A stretch of DNA of 64,000 nt from Chitinophagales bacterium (GTDB taxonomy: Bacteria > Bacteroidota > Bacteroidia > Chitinophagales > UBA10324): contig JANWWJ010000041.1 in the NCBI GenBank assembly GCA_025056305.1, forward strand, positions 302-64,301, in the 5' to 3' direction. Positions 43,165-53,803 of the stretch are shown here, in pieces (positions within the stretch are counted from its first letter, which is position 1; each line of letters starts with the position of its first letter). The position numbers and the translations under genes are program-made. The notes below the pieces were generated by a model that was not told the DNA's origin, ran no database searches, and saw only the letters and a program-made list of their open reading frames with translations.

Positions 43165-45345
43165 CTAAGGTTCCATGATCTGGTCGAGCCATGCTACGAT
43201 ACGCGAATACAGGTAATAAGATGTGTTTCCACCACTGATGCTGTGGTTTTTATCCGGAAAGGTCAATTGATCAAACGGAATGTTGTGTTCGTACAATTTC
43301 TTCATCAGCACAGCTGAGTTTTGGTAGTGCACATTATCGTCGGCGAGACCATGGACCAGCAAAAGGCTTCCGCGGATGCGGTCGACATAGGTGAGGGGGG
43401 CACCGTCGCGATATCCCTCCGGGTTTTCCTGAGTGTTCCGCATGTACCGCTCCGTGTATATGGTATCGTAGAACCGCCAGTCGGTTACCGGTGCCACGGC
43501 AACGGCAGCCCGAAACACGTCGTTCCCCAACATCAAGCACAGCAGCGACAGATAGCCCCCGTAGCTCCAGCCGAAAAAGCTGATGCGCGTAGCATCGACA
43601 AAAGGAAGCGACATCAGGTAACGAGCACCCGCGATTTGATCGCGTGGCTCGTAATATCCTAACTTCATATATGTAGTTTTCTTAAACTCTTCACCCCGGC
43701 CTCCGGTACCCCGATTGTCGATACAGGCCACCACGTACCCTTGCTGCGCCAGAAACTGATGAAAGGCGGAAGGGCCACCGCTGCGCGTCACCAGCTGGCT
43801 GCCTGGTCCACCATACCCGTGCATGAATACCGGGTATTTCTGCGTGGGATCGAAATCCCATGGTTTGATCAGCCAGCCGTGCAACAACGTACCATCTGCA
43901 GTGGTAAAGGTGAAAAACTCTTTAGGCTGATGAGGCAACTGTGCCCAGCGGCTGCGCAAATCGCTGTTGTCTTCCAACAGGCGTACTTTTCGGCCCTGAC
44001 GATCACAAATCCAGTAACTAGGTACATCATCAGCATCAGAATGGGTCAGCACAAAATAGCTGAACGTTTGGTTGAAGCGGGCAGCGTTCCAGCCTTGTTC
44101 CCCAGCCAAAAGACTCACCTTTCGGGTTTTTAGATCTACCACATAAACATGCCGTTCCAAAGGAGATGCTTGAGTGCTCTGAAAATACACTTTACCGTTT
44201 TTTTTATCTATACCGTAGCATTCGGTAACCTCCCAGTTGCCCATGGTTAACGGCTGCAGGGAGCCGTCAGTGACCGAACCTACGTAAAGGTGGTTGTAGC
44301 CGCTTCTTTCGGACGTCCAGAGAAAACGCCGGTTGTGGTCAAAAAATTCCAGATGATCGTGAATGTCGATATACCGGGCATTTTCTTCCCGCATCAGCAG
44401 TCGGGTGACCCCACTGGCTGCGTCGGCCAGCAGCAGTTCCAGCCGGTTCTGCCATCGATTCATCCGAAAGACGCACAGCAAGTTCGGATCATCGGTCCAT
44501 TTGATGCGGGGGATGTAATCGTCTTCCTCTGGCAATGCGACGTCAACCTGCCGGCCCGAATTCAAGTCGGCGATATGTATGGATACTTCCGCATTAGCCT
44601 CCCCTACTTTAGGATAACGATAAGTGTAGTTTTCGGGGTATAGATTATGAAAATATTGTATCGTTACCAGAGGCACCTGACTTTCATCAAATCGATACCA
44701 TGCAATCTTGCGGCTATCTGGCGACCACTGATAGGCCCGGGTGAATGAAAACTCTTCTTCATAAACCCAATCGCAAACGCCGTTGATGATGTAATTGCGT
44801 AGCCCGTCGGTGGTGAGAGCCTGTTCTTCACCGGTCTGCAAGTCGGTTATAAACAAGTCGTTATCCAACACGTAGGCCAACTTGTTGCCATCGGGGGAAA
44901 AGGTCGGTTCTTGAACAGGAGTCGCTTGGGCGATAGGAAACACTTTTTTTAGCTTTCGATCATAGACATAGCACACCACAGCTTGTGAGTATCGGTAGAT
45001 AGGTTTGGCCTCGGTGATCAACAAAAGTTTTTGTTCGTCTTGGCTAACGGAAAAAGACACCGGCAACATGCGGCGGTCAGTAGGAAAAAGTATGCGGCGG
45101 CTGTCGGCGAGCGTGTCTGTCACTGCCCCGCTTGCATAAGCCACTTTCAGCACATACCAGTTGCCTTGATCGTCTTGCCGCTGAACGGCATAATGAGCGC
45201 CGTCTTCCAAAGGCTCCATAGGTTCTGGCCCCCGAGGCCGGTACAAGCGTTTCAAAAAAATATCCTCCAAAGTCAACATTTGCGCACACAGCTCCTCTGA
45301 GCCCATCAGCAACACAGCGAGCAACAAAAGAGAGATTTGCTTCAT
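43165..45345 (-). CDS. S9-family serine peptidase, dipeptidyl-peptidase IV-like
   Basis: It has a signal peptide and a DPP-IV-type N-terminal propeller. The catalytic motif is FFGWSYGGYL, with the later GLADDNVH and NHSI (Asp/His). 726 aa. Confidence 0.88.
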   Translation of the reverse strand: MKQISLLLLAVLLMGSEELCAQMLTLEDIFLKRLYRPRGPEPMEPLEDGAHYAVQRQDDQGNWYVLKVAYASGAVTDTLADSRRILFPTDRRMLPVSFSVSQDEQKLLLITEAKPIYRYSQAVVCYVYDRKLKKVFPIAQATPVQEPTFSPDGNKLAYVLDNDLFITDLQTGEEQALTTDGLRNYIINGVCDWVYEEEFSFTRAYQWSPDSRKIAWYRFDESQVPLVTIQYFHNLYPENYTYRYPKVGEANAEVSIHIADLNSGRQVDVALPEEDDYIPRIKWTDDPNLLCVFRMNRWQNRLELLLADAASGVTRLLMREENARYIDIHDHLEFFDHNRRFLWTSERSGYNHLYVGSVTDGSLQPLTMGNWEVTECYGIDKKNGKVYFQSTQASPLERHVYVVDLKTRKVSLLAGEQGWNAARFNQTFSYFVLTHSDADDVPSYWICDRQGRKVRLLEDNSDLRSRWAQLPHQPKEFFTFTTADGTLLHGWLIKPWDFDPTQKYPVFMHGYGGPGSQLVTRSGGPSAFHQFLAQQGYVVACIDNRGTGGRGEEFKKTTYMKLGYYEPRDQIAGARYLMSLPFVDATRISFFGWSYGGYLSLLCLMLGNDVFRAAVAVAPVTDWRFYDTIYTERYMRNTQENPEGYRDGAPLTYVDRIRGSLLLVHGLADDNVHYQNSAVLMKKLYEHNIPFDQLTFPDKNHSISGGNTSYYLYSRIVAWLDQIMEP

Positions 45346-45418
45346 CCCAAAAGCTTTAGCTTACAAACTTATCATTGGTGAATATCTTGAATATGCTATT
45401 TTCAACGTACGGAATTCT

Positions 45419-46528
45419 TTGCTCGTGTACAGATTGAAAACATGGCTCATCGGTATTGCTCTGGTGAGCACCAGCTTGCATGTGCATGCCCAAACGCTCT
45501 GTGATCCGAACGGGAATGTCATCGTGTATTCCAATTACGACGGGGGTTATTTGAACATTTCCGTCGATGTCAACATACCCAATCTTAAAGTGGGCATTAC
45601 CACCTATGAAGATTGTGAGATCACTCTAAGCGGACCTTACGTGGGTAATGTCACTCAGGTCATCTATGCTGGATTCCAGGGAGATAACATGCATTGCAAT
45701 CCAAGCCCCTTAACCGTGAAAATAAACGGAGTTCCAACATCCATTGTAACCATCTTGCAATACCCACCCGCCACGTGGAGCAATCCGTTTGGAAACCCCT
45801 TCATCATTTGCAACTATTCATGCGATTCGTCTAGCTATCAGGGCGGTTGCAACACTCCTGATCAAATCGTCCACTTTTTTCTGACCCAATTTGGCGGAAC
45901 GCTACGCTATCATTACACTCAGTACGGCTGTTGGCAGGGTACCTATACTGTGTCCAACGGCGGCAATTGCTGCGTCGGCGCCAACATCATTCAGCCGCAA
46001 TACACGCTTTCAGCGTATTTCATCGCTTCCTCCGATTCGGTGTGTATTAAAGAGTTGGTCACTTTCACCAACCTGACCACCAACACCTATCCGGGCACAC
46101 CCTCCTACCTCTGGGACTTTGGCGACGGCACTACCAGTACGAATGTGAATGCATCGCATGCCTGGTTTCTACCCGGAACCTACACGGTTACACTTACTGC
46201 CACAGAAAGCTCAGGAACTTACAGCTCTACCTACAGTTTGCCCATCCAGGTAGTCAATTGTGTGCCTACGGCTTTACCTTCTTTGCAGATGTCCGACATA
46301 ATCTTTCCGAATCCTGCAGCTAACTTTCTGTGGATGTGTGGGCTTTTGGTCAGTGAACCCACGCATGCACGCGTACTTACGTCAAGGGGTGCCTCCGTTC
46401 CGCTGTCCAAACCAATTCCATCGGGTCCTTGCCTGCAAACGGAGGTTTCCTTTTTGCCGGCCGGTATTTATGTGCTTGAACTCTTCACGGACACTCGCAT
46501 TTACCGATTCCGCTTTTGTAAAGGGTGA
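45419..46528 (+). CDS. Secreted PKD-domain protein with a T9SS type A C-terminal sorting domain
   Basis: Signal peptide, then a PKD unit (FTNLTTNTYPGTPSYLWDFGDGTTSTNVNASHAWFLPGTYTVTLTA). The C-terminus is IIFPNPAANFLW...LPAGIYVLELF. TTG/GTG start, with no ATG available. Confidence 0.75.
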   Translation: MLVYRLKTWLIGIALVSTSLHVHAQTLCDPNGNVIVYSNYDGGYLNISVDVNIPNLKVGITTYEDCEITLSGPYVGNVTQVIYAGFQGDNMHCNPSPLTVKINGVPTSIVTILQYPPATWSNPFGNPFIICNYSCDSSSYQGGCNTPDQIVHFFLTQFGGTLRYHYTQYGCWQGTYTVSNGGNCCVGANIIQPQYTLSAYFIASSDSVCIKELVTFTNLTTNTYPGTPSYLWDFGDGTTSTNVNASHAWFLPGTYTVTLTATESSGTYSSTYSLPIQVVNCVPTALPSLQMSDIIFPNPAANFLWMCGLLVSEPTHARVLTSRGASVPLSKPIPSGPCLQTEVSFLPAGIYVLELFTDTRIYRFRFCKG

Positions 46529-46564
46529 TTTTTCAGGTTTAGCCCTTCGAAGTACTTTTAAACT

Positions 46565-49500
46565 ATGATACGAGCGGGCCTTGGGTTCGTGGGGGCTGTG
46601 GTGCTGGCAAACTGCGCTATCGCTTTTTTCGTTCGGGCAGACCATCGATTGCATTTTATTGAAAACAAAGGGCAACATCCTTCTCAGGTCTTATACGAAG
46701 TACGCCTGTCCACAGGAAGCATTTTTTTAGAAAACAACGCATTTACCTTTTTCCAGTTTTTACCCGACGACCTAAGGCTGATACATCTGCACCGCCACGA
46801 TTCACTCCTCATTCGTGGACATGCTTGGAAGCAGGTCTTTGTCGGGGCTACCGGACCTACACGCATTCGGGCTTCTGGTCCCTCGGCGCATTACTACAAC
46901 TATTTTCTCGGAAACAACCCCGCCCAGTGGGCCACTGCAGTCAGAGAATATGATGAGGTATATTACGAAAATCTATATGAAGGAATTGACCTCCGTGTTT
47001 CCTCAGGTGCAGGCAATTTGAAATATGACTTCATTGTGCACCCCGGTGCCGATGTGGCCAAATTGGTGCTGCACTACTATGGTGTGCACGGTCTTTCAGT
47101 AAAAAATGGAATGCTGAACATTCACACCTCCATTGGAAATTTTATTGAACAAAAACCATATGCGTATCAGCTCATCAACGGACGACAGCGAAGCGTATCA
47201 TGCCGGTGGGAAATTGCCGGCCAGCAAGCTCGCTTCCGCATTGGTTCTTTTGACCGCTCATCCCCGCTTATCATAGATCCTACCCTCATTTTCGCCTCAT
47301 ATACCGGCAGCACTGCCGACAACTTTGGCTACACAGCTACTTACGATGCCAACGGTGCGATGTACCTGGGCGGCCTGGTTCATAGTACGGGCTATCCGGT
47401 GACCCTGGGAGCCGTGCAAACGACTTTTGGCGGAGGAAACAACACCGTAGGCAACGCTTATGCCTGTGACTTTGGCATTATGAAGCTTAGCCCCATGGGC
47501 AATGCCTTGCTTTGGGCTACTTACCTGGGAGGTTCAAGTAATGAAACGCCTCATTCACTCATCGCCGATGCCAACGGAAATCTGGTAATCTACGGCCGCA
47601 CCTGGTCGAACAACTTCCCGGTTACAGCCTCATCGTTCGATGCCACGTACAACGGAAATGGAGACATCACGGTATCGGTGCTCAGTTACGACGGTACGCA
47701 GCTGCTGGGCTCTACATACATAGGTGGCACCAACAGCGACGGCGTGAACTACGATGCCCAGCCCCAGGCCAAAGGGAACCTCAAAGTAAATTATGGCGAC
47801 GACGCCCGCGGTGAAGTCATGCTGGATGCGGCCAACAACATCCTTGTTGCTTCCTGCACCCATTCTGCCGACTTTCCGACCACTGCTGGAGCTTTTCAGC
47901 AAACTTTAGCCGGTGGGCAAGATGGCGTCGTGTTCAAACTTTCACCCGATTGCAGCATGTTGCTCTGGTCCACCTTTTTGGGTGGTGCCGCAGACGACGC
48001 CTGCTATTCCCTGGCCCTGCGCGGCAATGACGTATATGTTGCCGGCGGCACCATGAGCAGCAACTTTCCCACAACGGCCGCAGCACTACACCCTACGTAT
48101 CAGGGAGGGAACATGGACGGATTTGTGTCCCACCTGAACAGCACAGGCACCAGCCTGAATTCCTCTACCTTTCTGGGCACTTCAGGCAACGATCAGGTGT
48201 ATTTCGTAAAGCTTGATAAAAATTTTAATGTTTACGTTTTTGGCCAAACCGACGGCACATATCCCGTTATCAACGCTGCCTACAGCAATCCCAACAGCGG
48301 TCAATTCATCCATAAGCTCAACAGTGCGCTGGGGGCTACTATTTACAGCAGCGTCTTTGGTAATGGCAATGGGAAGCCCAACATTTCACCCACTGCTTTT
48401 TCGGTAGATACGTGTGAAAACGTGTACATCAGCGGATGGGGCGGCAGTGTCTATAGTGGCTGGCCGTGGTTCAGTACCAACATGCTCAATATGCCGCTCA
48501 CGCCTGATGCCCTCCAGCCTACTACCGACGGCAACGATTTTTACTTAGCCGTTTTCCGAAAAGATTTTTCCCAGCTTGCCTATGCTACATACTATGGCGG
48601 TTACGGAGGCCCTGACGTGGCTACCGAACATGTAGATGGAGGCACCAGCCGCTTTGACCCAAACGGCATTATTTATCAAGCAATCTGTGCCGGATGCGGC
48701 GGGAATTCGCTCACGCCGGCTACCCCAGGCGCCTGGAGCGAGACCAACAAAAGCTTTAACTGTAATGAGCTGGGGCTGAAAATCGAAATGAACCTGTTTG
48801 TGGTTACGGCAGGGCTGATGGCAAATCCCACAGCCACAGGCTGCGTACCGCTGACCGTTCACTTCACCAATACCAGCGTTAATGCCTCTCAGTTTACCTG
48901 GTATTTCGGTGATGGATCCACCTCAAATGCTTTTGAACCCACCTATACCTACACCGATACCGGCACTTTTCAGGTCATGCTGATCGCTTATGATCCGCTG
49001 GCTTGCGTTCCAAAAGATACAGCTTATACTACTGTAATTGTCTACAACACCACGGTTGATGCTTCTTACACCTACACTTTAACCGATTACTGCGATTCGT
49101 TGCGTGTGGACGTGCAGGCATCTTCCTCAGGCCCCTTAACCACTTTTCTATGGGATTTTGGCAATGGCAATCTCGCTTACGGAGCTACCGCCCATTTCAC
49201 TTACAAAGAACCGGGTTTGTACACCGTCAGCCTGATCGCGAACGACCCTTCGGCGTGCAACCCTTTAGATACGTTCGCCTTTACGGTTGACTTTACACAC
49301 GTCGTGATAGCTGAGCTGCAGCAAACCACTTACTACGGCTGTCCGCCGCTGACGCTAACTTTCACCAATACCGGATTTGGTGGCGTCAGCTTTTATTGGG
49401 ATTTCGGCGATGGCCACTTTTCAACCGATCCCAACCCTACACACACCTATCAGCAGCCTGGCACGTACTACGGAATGTTTGTCGCTCATGATCCGAATGC

Positions 49501-50068
49501 CTGCCGGCCCTACGACACGGTGTGGTTTACGGTCACGGTTTACGACTGGCCCCCTCTGGCTGCCTTTACCGTAAGCACCGCCTATGTCACCGACTTTGTC
49601 ACCGATATTCAGTTTATCAATCAAAGTCAAAATGCAGTGGCTTACTTATGGGAGTTTGGAGACGGAACCACAAGCACCGAAGTCAATCCCACACATAAAT
49701 ACACCATCAGCGGTCAATATCTAGCCTGCCTGACGGCTTTTAACGAAAACGGCTGTCCGGCCAAAGTTTGCACCTTGATAACAGTGGAGCTTGTGCCTGT
49801 CGTAGATGTTCCTAATGCCTTCTCACCCAACGGCGATGGTGCAAATGATGTTTTGTACGTGAAAGGCCAGGACATTGTCTCATTAGATTTTAAAGTCTTT
49901 AATCGTTGGGGCGAGCTGGTCTTTCAAACCAATGATGTGAATCAGGGATGGGACGGTACCTTTCGCGGTGTGGCTCAGGAAATGGAAGTCTATGTTTGGA
50001 TGCTCTCAGCCCGATTTTCCAATGGAAAGTCAGTCGTCAAGTCAGGTAATGTAACTCTCTTGCGGTGA
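46565..50068 (+). CDS. Large secreted protein: SBBP-type beta-propeller repeats, four PKD domains and a T9SS type B (gliding-motility-associated) C-terminal domain
   Basis: 1167 aa. The N-terminus carries FIENKGQHP..., followed by repeated ...FPTT..A.Q....GG.DGFV.KL. Four units of the type F.W.FGDG..S....P.H.Y...G.Y occupy ~48800-49810. The C-terminus is NAFSPNGDGANDVLYVKG...FNRWGELVFQTND.NQGWDG. Confidence 0.85.
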   Translation: MIRAGLGFVGAVVLANCAIAFFVRADHRLHFIENKGQHPSQVLYEVRLSTGSIFLENNAFTFFQFLPDDLRLIHLHRHDSLLIRGHAWKQVFVGATGPTRIRASGPSAHYYNYFLGNNPAQWATAVREYDEVYYENLYEGIDLRVSSGAGNLKYDFIVHPGADVAKLVLHYYGVHGLSVKNGMLNIHTSIGNFIEQKPYAYQLINGRQRSVSCRWEIAGQQARFRIGSFDRSSPLIIDPTLIFASYTGSTADNFGYTATYDANGAMYLGGLVHSTGYPVTLGAVQTTFGGGNNTVGNAYACDFGIMKLSPMGNALLWATYLGGSSNETPHSLIADANGNLVIYGRTWSNNFPVTASSFDATYNGNGDITVSVLSYDGTQLLGSTYIGGTNSDGVNYDAQPQAKGNLKVNYGDDARGEVMLDAANNILVASCTHSADFPTTAGAFQQTLAGGQDGVVFKLSPDCSMLLWSTFLGGAADDACYSLALRGNDVYVAGGTMSSNFPTTAAALHPTYQGGNMDGFVSHLNSTGTSLNSSTFLGTSGNDQVYFVKLDKNFNVYVFGQTDGTYPVINAAYSNPNSGQFIHKLNSALGATIYSSVFGNGNGKPNISPTAFSVDTCENVYISGWGGSVYSGWPWFSTNMLNMPLTPDALQPTTDGNDFYLAVFRKDFSQLAYATYYGGYGGPDVATEHVDGGTSRFDPNGIIYQAICAGCGGNSLTPATPGAWSETNKSFNCNELGLKIEMNLFVVTAGLMANPTATGCVPLTVHFTNTSVNASQFTWYFGDGSTSNAFEPTYTYTDTGTFQVMLIAYDPLACVPKDTAYTTVIVYNTTVDASYTYTLTDYCDSLRVDVQASSSGPLTTFLWDFGNGNLAYGATAHFTYKEPGLYTVSLIANDPSACNPLDTFAFTVDFTHVVIAELQQTTYYGCPPLTLTFTNTGFGGVSFYWDFGDGHFSTDPNPTHTYQQPGTYYGMFVAHDPNACRPYDTVWFTVTVYDWPPLAAFTVSTAYVTDFVTDIQFINQSQNAVAYLWEFGDGTTSTEVNPTHKYTISGQYLACLTAFNENGCPAKVCTLITVELVPVVDVPNAFSPNGDGANDVLYVKGQDIVSLDFKVFNRWGELVFQTNDVNQGWDGTFRGVAQEMEVYVWMLSARFSNGKSVVKSGNVTLLR

Positions 50069-50115
50069 CTGCTTCCGGTAGTTTTATTACTTTTGACCAA
50101 ATAGTTTGTGTGTTC

Positions 50116-50634
50116 ATGCGTTGCTTTTTTCTGCTGTGGTGGGCGGTGTTGCCATTCACTGCTGCCGCTCAAACTTCTATTGCCGAACAAGCTTTACTAA
50201 ACCAGCCCCTGTCGTTGAAAGCCTCAGGCAATGCCGTGCTGAATTTTATTCCCAAGGCCGGCAGCCCACAGGTCATTTTCATTGGCGACCTGAACCATGC
50301 CAGCACTCCGGTATATTTTGAAGTGCTCAACCGAATCAACGAATATTTCCGCCATCACGCCATCAGCGTGACTGCCCTGGTCCGTGGAACGATGCTAACG
50401 GCTCAGCCTGCTGACGCAGCAGCGATGCCTCCAATGCCTTTTACCATCGTCTCTTATTGTGAAAATGTAGAAGCATCATGCCGCCTCAGCATCAATGATC
50501 AGGAGGTGGGCAGCGAACCCCTTCTGCTCATCACCGATCGTAACAACACCATTCGTCGTACGTTCAGCCGCCTCACTCCCGGCAGTTCGTACGACGAGGT
50601 TTACTTAGAGCTTAATAAATTGCTGAAGCAATAA
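50116..50634 (+). CDS. Hypothetical secreted protein
   Basis: Signal peptide MRCFFLLWWAVLPFTAAAQ at the chosen ATG. No recognisable family. It lies immediately downstream of the type B cargo gene. Confidence 0.5.
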   Translation: MRCFFLLWWAVLPFTAAAQTSIAEQALLNQPLSLKASGNAVLNFIPKAGSPQVIFIGDLNHASTPVYFEVLNRINEYFRHHAISVTALVRGTMLTAQPADAAAMPPMPFTIVSYCENVEASCRLSINDQEVGSEPLLLITDRNNTIRRTFSRLTPGSSYDEVYLELNKLLKQ

Positions 50635-51348
50635 TCAGACAAATTGCTCTACTGAGAGGTTGAGCTTTTCGAAGGCCAGGCGTGCGGCCGCTTTTTCCGC
50701 ATTCTTCTTGCTGGTGTCTTCCGCCACAGCTACCTCTTCGCTGTTCACTACGGCGGCCACCCGATAGAAAGTCCGGTGGTTCGAGCGGTTAGAATCTTTT
50801 ACAACAAAACTTACCTGCATGCCGGTCTTTTGCGACCATTCCAGTAGCTTACTCTTATAGTTGAATTCTGCCCGCTCGATCTCTTCTATGTTCAGAAAGG
50901 GTTTCACAATTTTATTCAGGATGAACCGACGGGCAGCAGCGTAACCTCGATCCAGAAACACAGCGCCGATTAACGCTTCCAAGGCATTGCCCACCAAAGT
51001 GCGCCGGCTTAGCAGCAGGTCGGCTTCATTGTAGCGCAACAGCTCGTCCAACCCCATACGCACACCGATGTTGTTTAGTTGGTTGCGGCTCACCATTTTG
51101 GCACGCAGCTCCGTCAGATAGCCTTCGCTGCGGTAGGGAAATTTCTGAAACAAATATTCCGCTATGATGGCTCCTAAAACAGCATCCCCTAAAAACTCCA
51201 GCCGCTCATTGCTCTCGTATTCCTTCAGTCCCAAGGAACTGTGCCGAAATGCCGTTCGGTACAACTTGATGTTAGAGGGGTTTAACCCCGTCACCTGCCT
51301 GATTTTCTTCTTGAATTTCCCTCCGCGCAAAAACGACAGCGGCAACAA
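50635..51348 (-). CDS. rnc: Ribonuclease III
   Basis: RNase III signature NERLEFLGDAVLG plus a C-terminal dsRNA-binding domain. Confidence 0.92.
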   Translation of the reverse strand: MLPLSFLRGGKFKKKIRQVTGLNPSNIKLYRTAFRHSSLGLKEYESNERLEFLGDAVLGAIIAEYLFQKFPYRSEGYLTELRAKMVSRNQLNNIGVRMGLDELLRYNEADLLLSRRTLVGNALEALIGAVFLDRGYAAARRFILNKIVKPFLNIEEIERAEFNYKSKLLEWSQKTGMQVSFVVKDSNRSNHRTFYRVAAVVNSEEVAVAEDTSKKNAEKAAARLAFEKLNLSVEQFV

Positions 51349-51437
51349 CTTGCTATAAGTTTTTTGCTAAAGTAAAAAAGCTTACCTGAGGCCTTATGCC
51401 CAACCAGTTAAGTTGCAGGCGACTTATCCACTGAAGC

Positions 51438-52691
51438 TCATTCTTCGTATTTTCTAAAAATAATTGATGAATTGTGCCCACCAAAACCGAATGTATTGCT
51501 CATTGCCGTTCGCACTTCTCTTTTTTTGGCTTTGTTAAACGTGAGGTCCAATCGGGGATCTATTTCCGGATCGTCCGTAAAGTGATTGATGGTGGGCGGA
51601 ATGAATCCACGCTGAATAGCAGCAATACAAGCAATGGCTTCAGCCGCACCGGCAGCACCCAACATATGTCCTGTCATGCTTTTGGTGGAGCTGATGCTCA
51701 TGCGGTAAGCATGTTCTCCAAAGACCACCTGGATGGCTTTAAGCTCGGCCACATCCCCCAAGGGAGTGGAGGTTCCATGCGTATTGAGGTAGTCGATATC
51801 CTCAGGCCGCAGGCCAGCATCTTTCAGGCATTCGTTCATCACTTGAATGACACCTAACCCTTCGGGATGCGGCGCCGAAATGTGATATGCGTCACCGCTC
51901 ATGCCACCCCCCATAACCTCGCAGTAAATCTTGGCGCCGCGTCGCTTGGCGTGTTCCAATTCTTCAAAGATCAGCGCTCCGGCTCCCTCGCCCATGACAA
52001 AGCCGTCGCGATCTTTATCGTAAGGGCGCGAAGCATGCTCCGGATCGTCGTTGCGCTCGCTAAGCGCCTTCATGGCCGAAAAGCCCCCAACGGCAGGAAT
52101 GCAGAACGGAAATTCTGACCCGCCGGTCAACACCACCTCGCATTTGCCTAAACGGATGTAGGTCAATGCGTCGATCAACGAGTTGGTGGATGAGGCACAG
52201 GCGGCCACGACCGTGTAGTTGGGACCCCGATATCCCCATCGAATCGATAAGTGGCCGGCGGCCAAATCCGGTATAATTAACGGAATGAGAAAGGGCGAGA
52301 ACCGAGGTGTGCCATCGCCGGCACAATATTCCATCATGGCTTTTGCATAAGAATCGATACCGCCCACGCCGGTAGCCCATATCACTCCCACGCGCGTCTT
52401 ATCTACCTTGCTTTCTTCCAGCCCGCTGTCTCGAACAGCTTCTTCGGCAGCTACTAATGCATATTGTGAGTAGGGATCAAGCTTACGAATCTCCTTTTTA
52501 TCCAGATAGTCGGTGGGATCAAAGCCTTTGAGGCAGCAGCCTATCTTGGTTTTGAATTTGCTCACATCAAAGTAAGGGATAATACCTCCCCCACTAACTC
52601 CTTTTTCCAAATTATCCCAAAACTCGGCTGTCGTTTTTCCTATGGGCGTAAGGCTACCAAGACCGGTAACTACCACCCGTCTTAACTCCAT
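51438..52691 (-). CDS. fabF: 3-oxoacyl-ACP synthase II
   Basis: The KAS II active-site Cys is in VVAACASSTNS. HGTSTPLGD and FGFGGHNSS are present. 417 aa. Confidence 0.94.
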   Translation of the reverse strand: MELRRVVVTGLGSLTPIGKTTAEFWDNLEKGVSGGGIIPYFDVSKFKTKIGCCLKGFDPTDYLDKKEIRKLDPYSQYALVAAEEAVRDSGLEESKVDKTRVGVIWATGVGGIDSYAKAMMEYCAGDGTPRFSPFLIPLIIPDLAAGHLSIRWGYRGPNYTVVAACASSTNSLIDALTYIRLGKCEVVLTGGSEFPFCIPAVGGFSAMKALSERNDDPEHASRPYDKDRDGFVMGEGAGALIFEELEHAKRRGAKIYCEVMGGGMSGDAYHISAPHPEGLGVIQVMNECLKDAGLRPEDIDYLNTHGTSTPLGDVAELKAIQVVFGEHAYRMSISSTKSMTGHMLGAAGAAEAIACIAAIQRGFIPPTINHFTDDPEIDPRLDLTFNKAKKREVRTAMSNTFGFGGHNSSIIFRKYEE

Positions 52692-52699
52692 AAATGCCC

Positions 52700-52939
52700 T
52701 TATTGCTTGGCGTATTGTTCGATGTAGGCAATAGCTTGGCCTACTGAAGTAATGGTTTCTGCTTGTTCGTCTGGTATGGAAATATTAAACTCCTTTTCGA
52801 ATTCCATGATCAACTCTACGGTATCCAGCGAGTCTGCGCCCAAATCGTTGGTAAAGGTGGCTTCCGGCGTTACTTCGCTTTCGTCCACGCCCAACTTGTC
52901 AATGATGATTTTCTTGACTCGTGCTGCAATGTCTGACAT
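52700..52939 (-). CDS. acpP: Acyl carrier protein
   Basis: [18 protein letters not shown]...[17 protein letters not shown] (phosphopantetheinyl Ser). The start is set at Met35 of the ORF. Confidence 0.93.
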   Translation of the reverse strand: MSDIAARVKKIIIDKLGVDESEVTPEATFTNDLGADSLDTVELIMEFEKEFNISIPDEQAETITSVGQAIAYIEQYAKQ

Positions 52940-53064
52940 AGAGCTTGGGTTTTGGGTTATGAAAAATTTTGGGCAAAGAAAGTTAATGCTTCGATTTCCA
53001 GCAACACGCCCTAAAATTATTTTCGGGTTGACAATGAGCACCTAGCACCATACGCTTCCCCGGC

Positions 53065-53499
53065 ATGCTAACGCGTAAACGATACAGCCTCAAGGCTTCT
53101 CAACCTGCTCCCGACCTTTTGCCCTTAGGCTTGGCCTGCACCCTGCGCGATTACCAACTTGGGTTTTTGCTCAACCAGTTGTTGCACCTGGACCTGGAGC
53201 GCCAACCTGACTTTGAAGTTGAAATCCCGCGCACACGTCAGCGCCTCAACTTCTGCTGGTTTCGATATACCGACCCAGAACTGCACTTGACCTATCATCT
53301 GTTGTCGAATCGTTGTGGTCAAAATTGCCTCCTTCCCGAATATCGGCAAGCTGACTACCTGCTTTGTGTCTCGGGTGCGGAATCCAACCTTTTACGGGAC
53401 CTCCTCTTTGAGCGGTTGCGCAGCCGAGCTGAGTTGCAACTCGTCTTTGAAATCGATCTGCGCCGTGTCAAACACCAAAACCGTCTGATCTTTGATTGA
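53065..53499 (+). CDS. IPExxxVDY-family protein (conserved Bacteroidota protein of unknown function)
   Basis: 144 aa. The motif LPEYRQADY fits the family-defining [IL]PExxx[VA]DY. It is divergent from acpP, as I recall is usual for this family. Confidence 0.55.
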   Translation: MLTRKRYSLKASQPAPDLLPLGLACTLRDYQLGFLLNQLLHLDLERQPDFEVEIPRTRQRLNFCWFRYTDPELHLTYHLLSNRCGQNCLLPEYRQADYLLCVSGAESNLLRDLLFERLRSRAELQLVFEIDLRRVKHQNRLIFD

Positions 53500-53518
53500 T
53501 TTTTCAAAAAAACCCGTT

Positions 53519-53776
53519 ATGTGGACAGAAAAAGACCATGGTTTGGAACGCACCTTCACGTTTGCTGATTTCAACGAAGCCTTCGGCTTCATGTGTCGTG
53601 TTGCTTTGGTTGCCGAGCGCATGAATCATCACCCCACCTGGACCAATGCCTGGAACCAGGTTCACATCCGCCTAACCACCCATGATGTCGGCAATCGCAT
53701 TACCGATCGCGATAGGCAACTGGCTAACCTCATCGACCACATTTTTTCCTCTATGCGAGGCGTAAATTTGTCTTAA
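53519..53776 (+). CDS. 4a-hydroxytetrahydrobiopterin (pterin-4a-carbinolamine) dehydratase
   Basis: W......LERTF.F.DF.EAFGFM.RVAL.AE..NHHP.W.N.WN.V.I.LTTHD matches the PCD/DCoH pattern. ATG 53519 is chosen. Confidence 0.85.
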   Translation: MWTEKDHGLERTFTFADFNEAFGFMCRVALVAERMNHHPTWTNAWNQVHIRLTTHDVGNRITDRDRQLANLIDHIFSSMRGVNLS

Positions 53777-53803
53777 ACCAGAAGAAGCAAAACCGGCCAT
53801 CCA

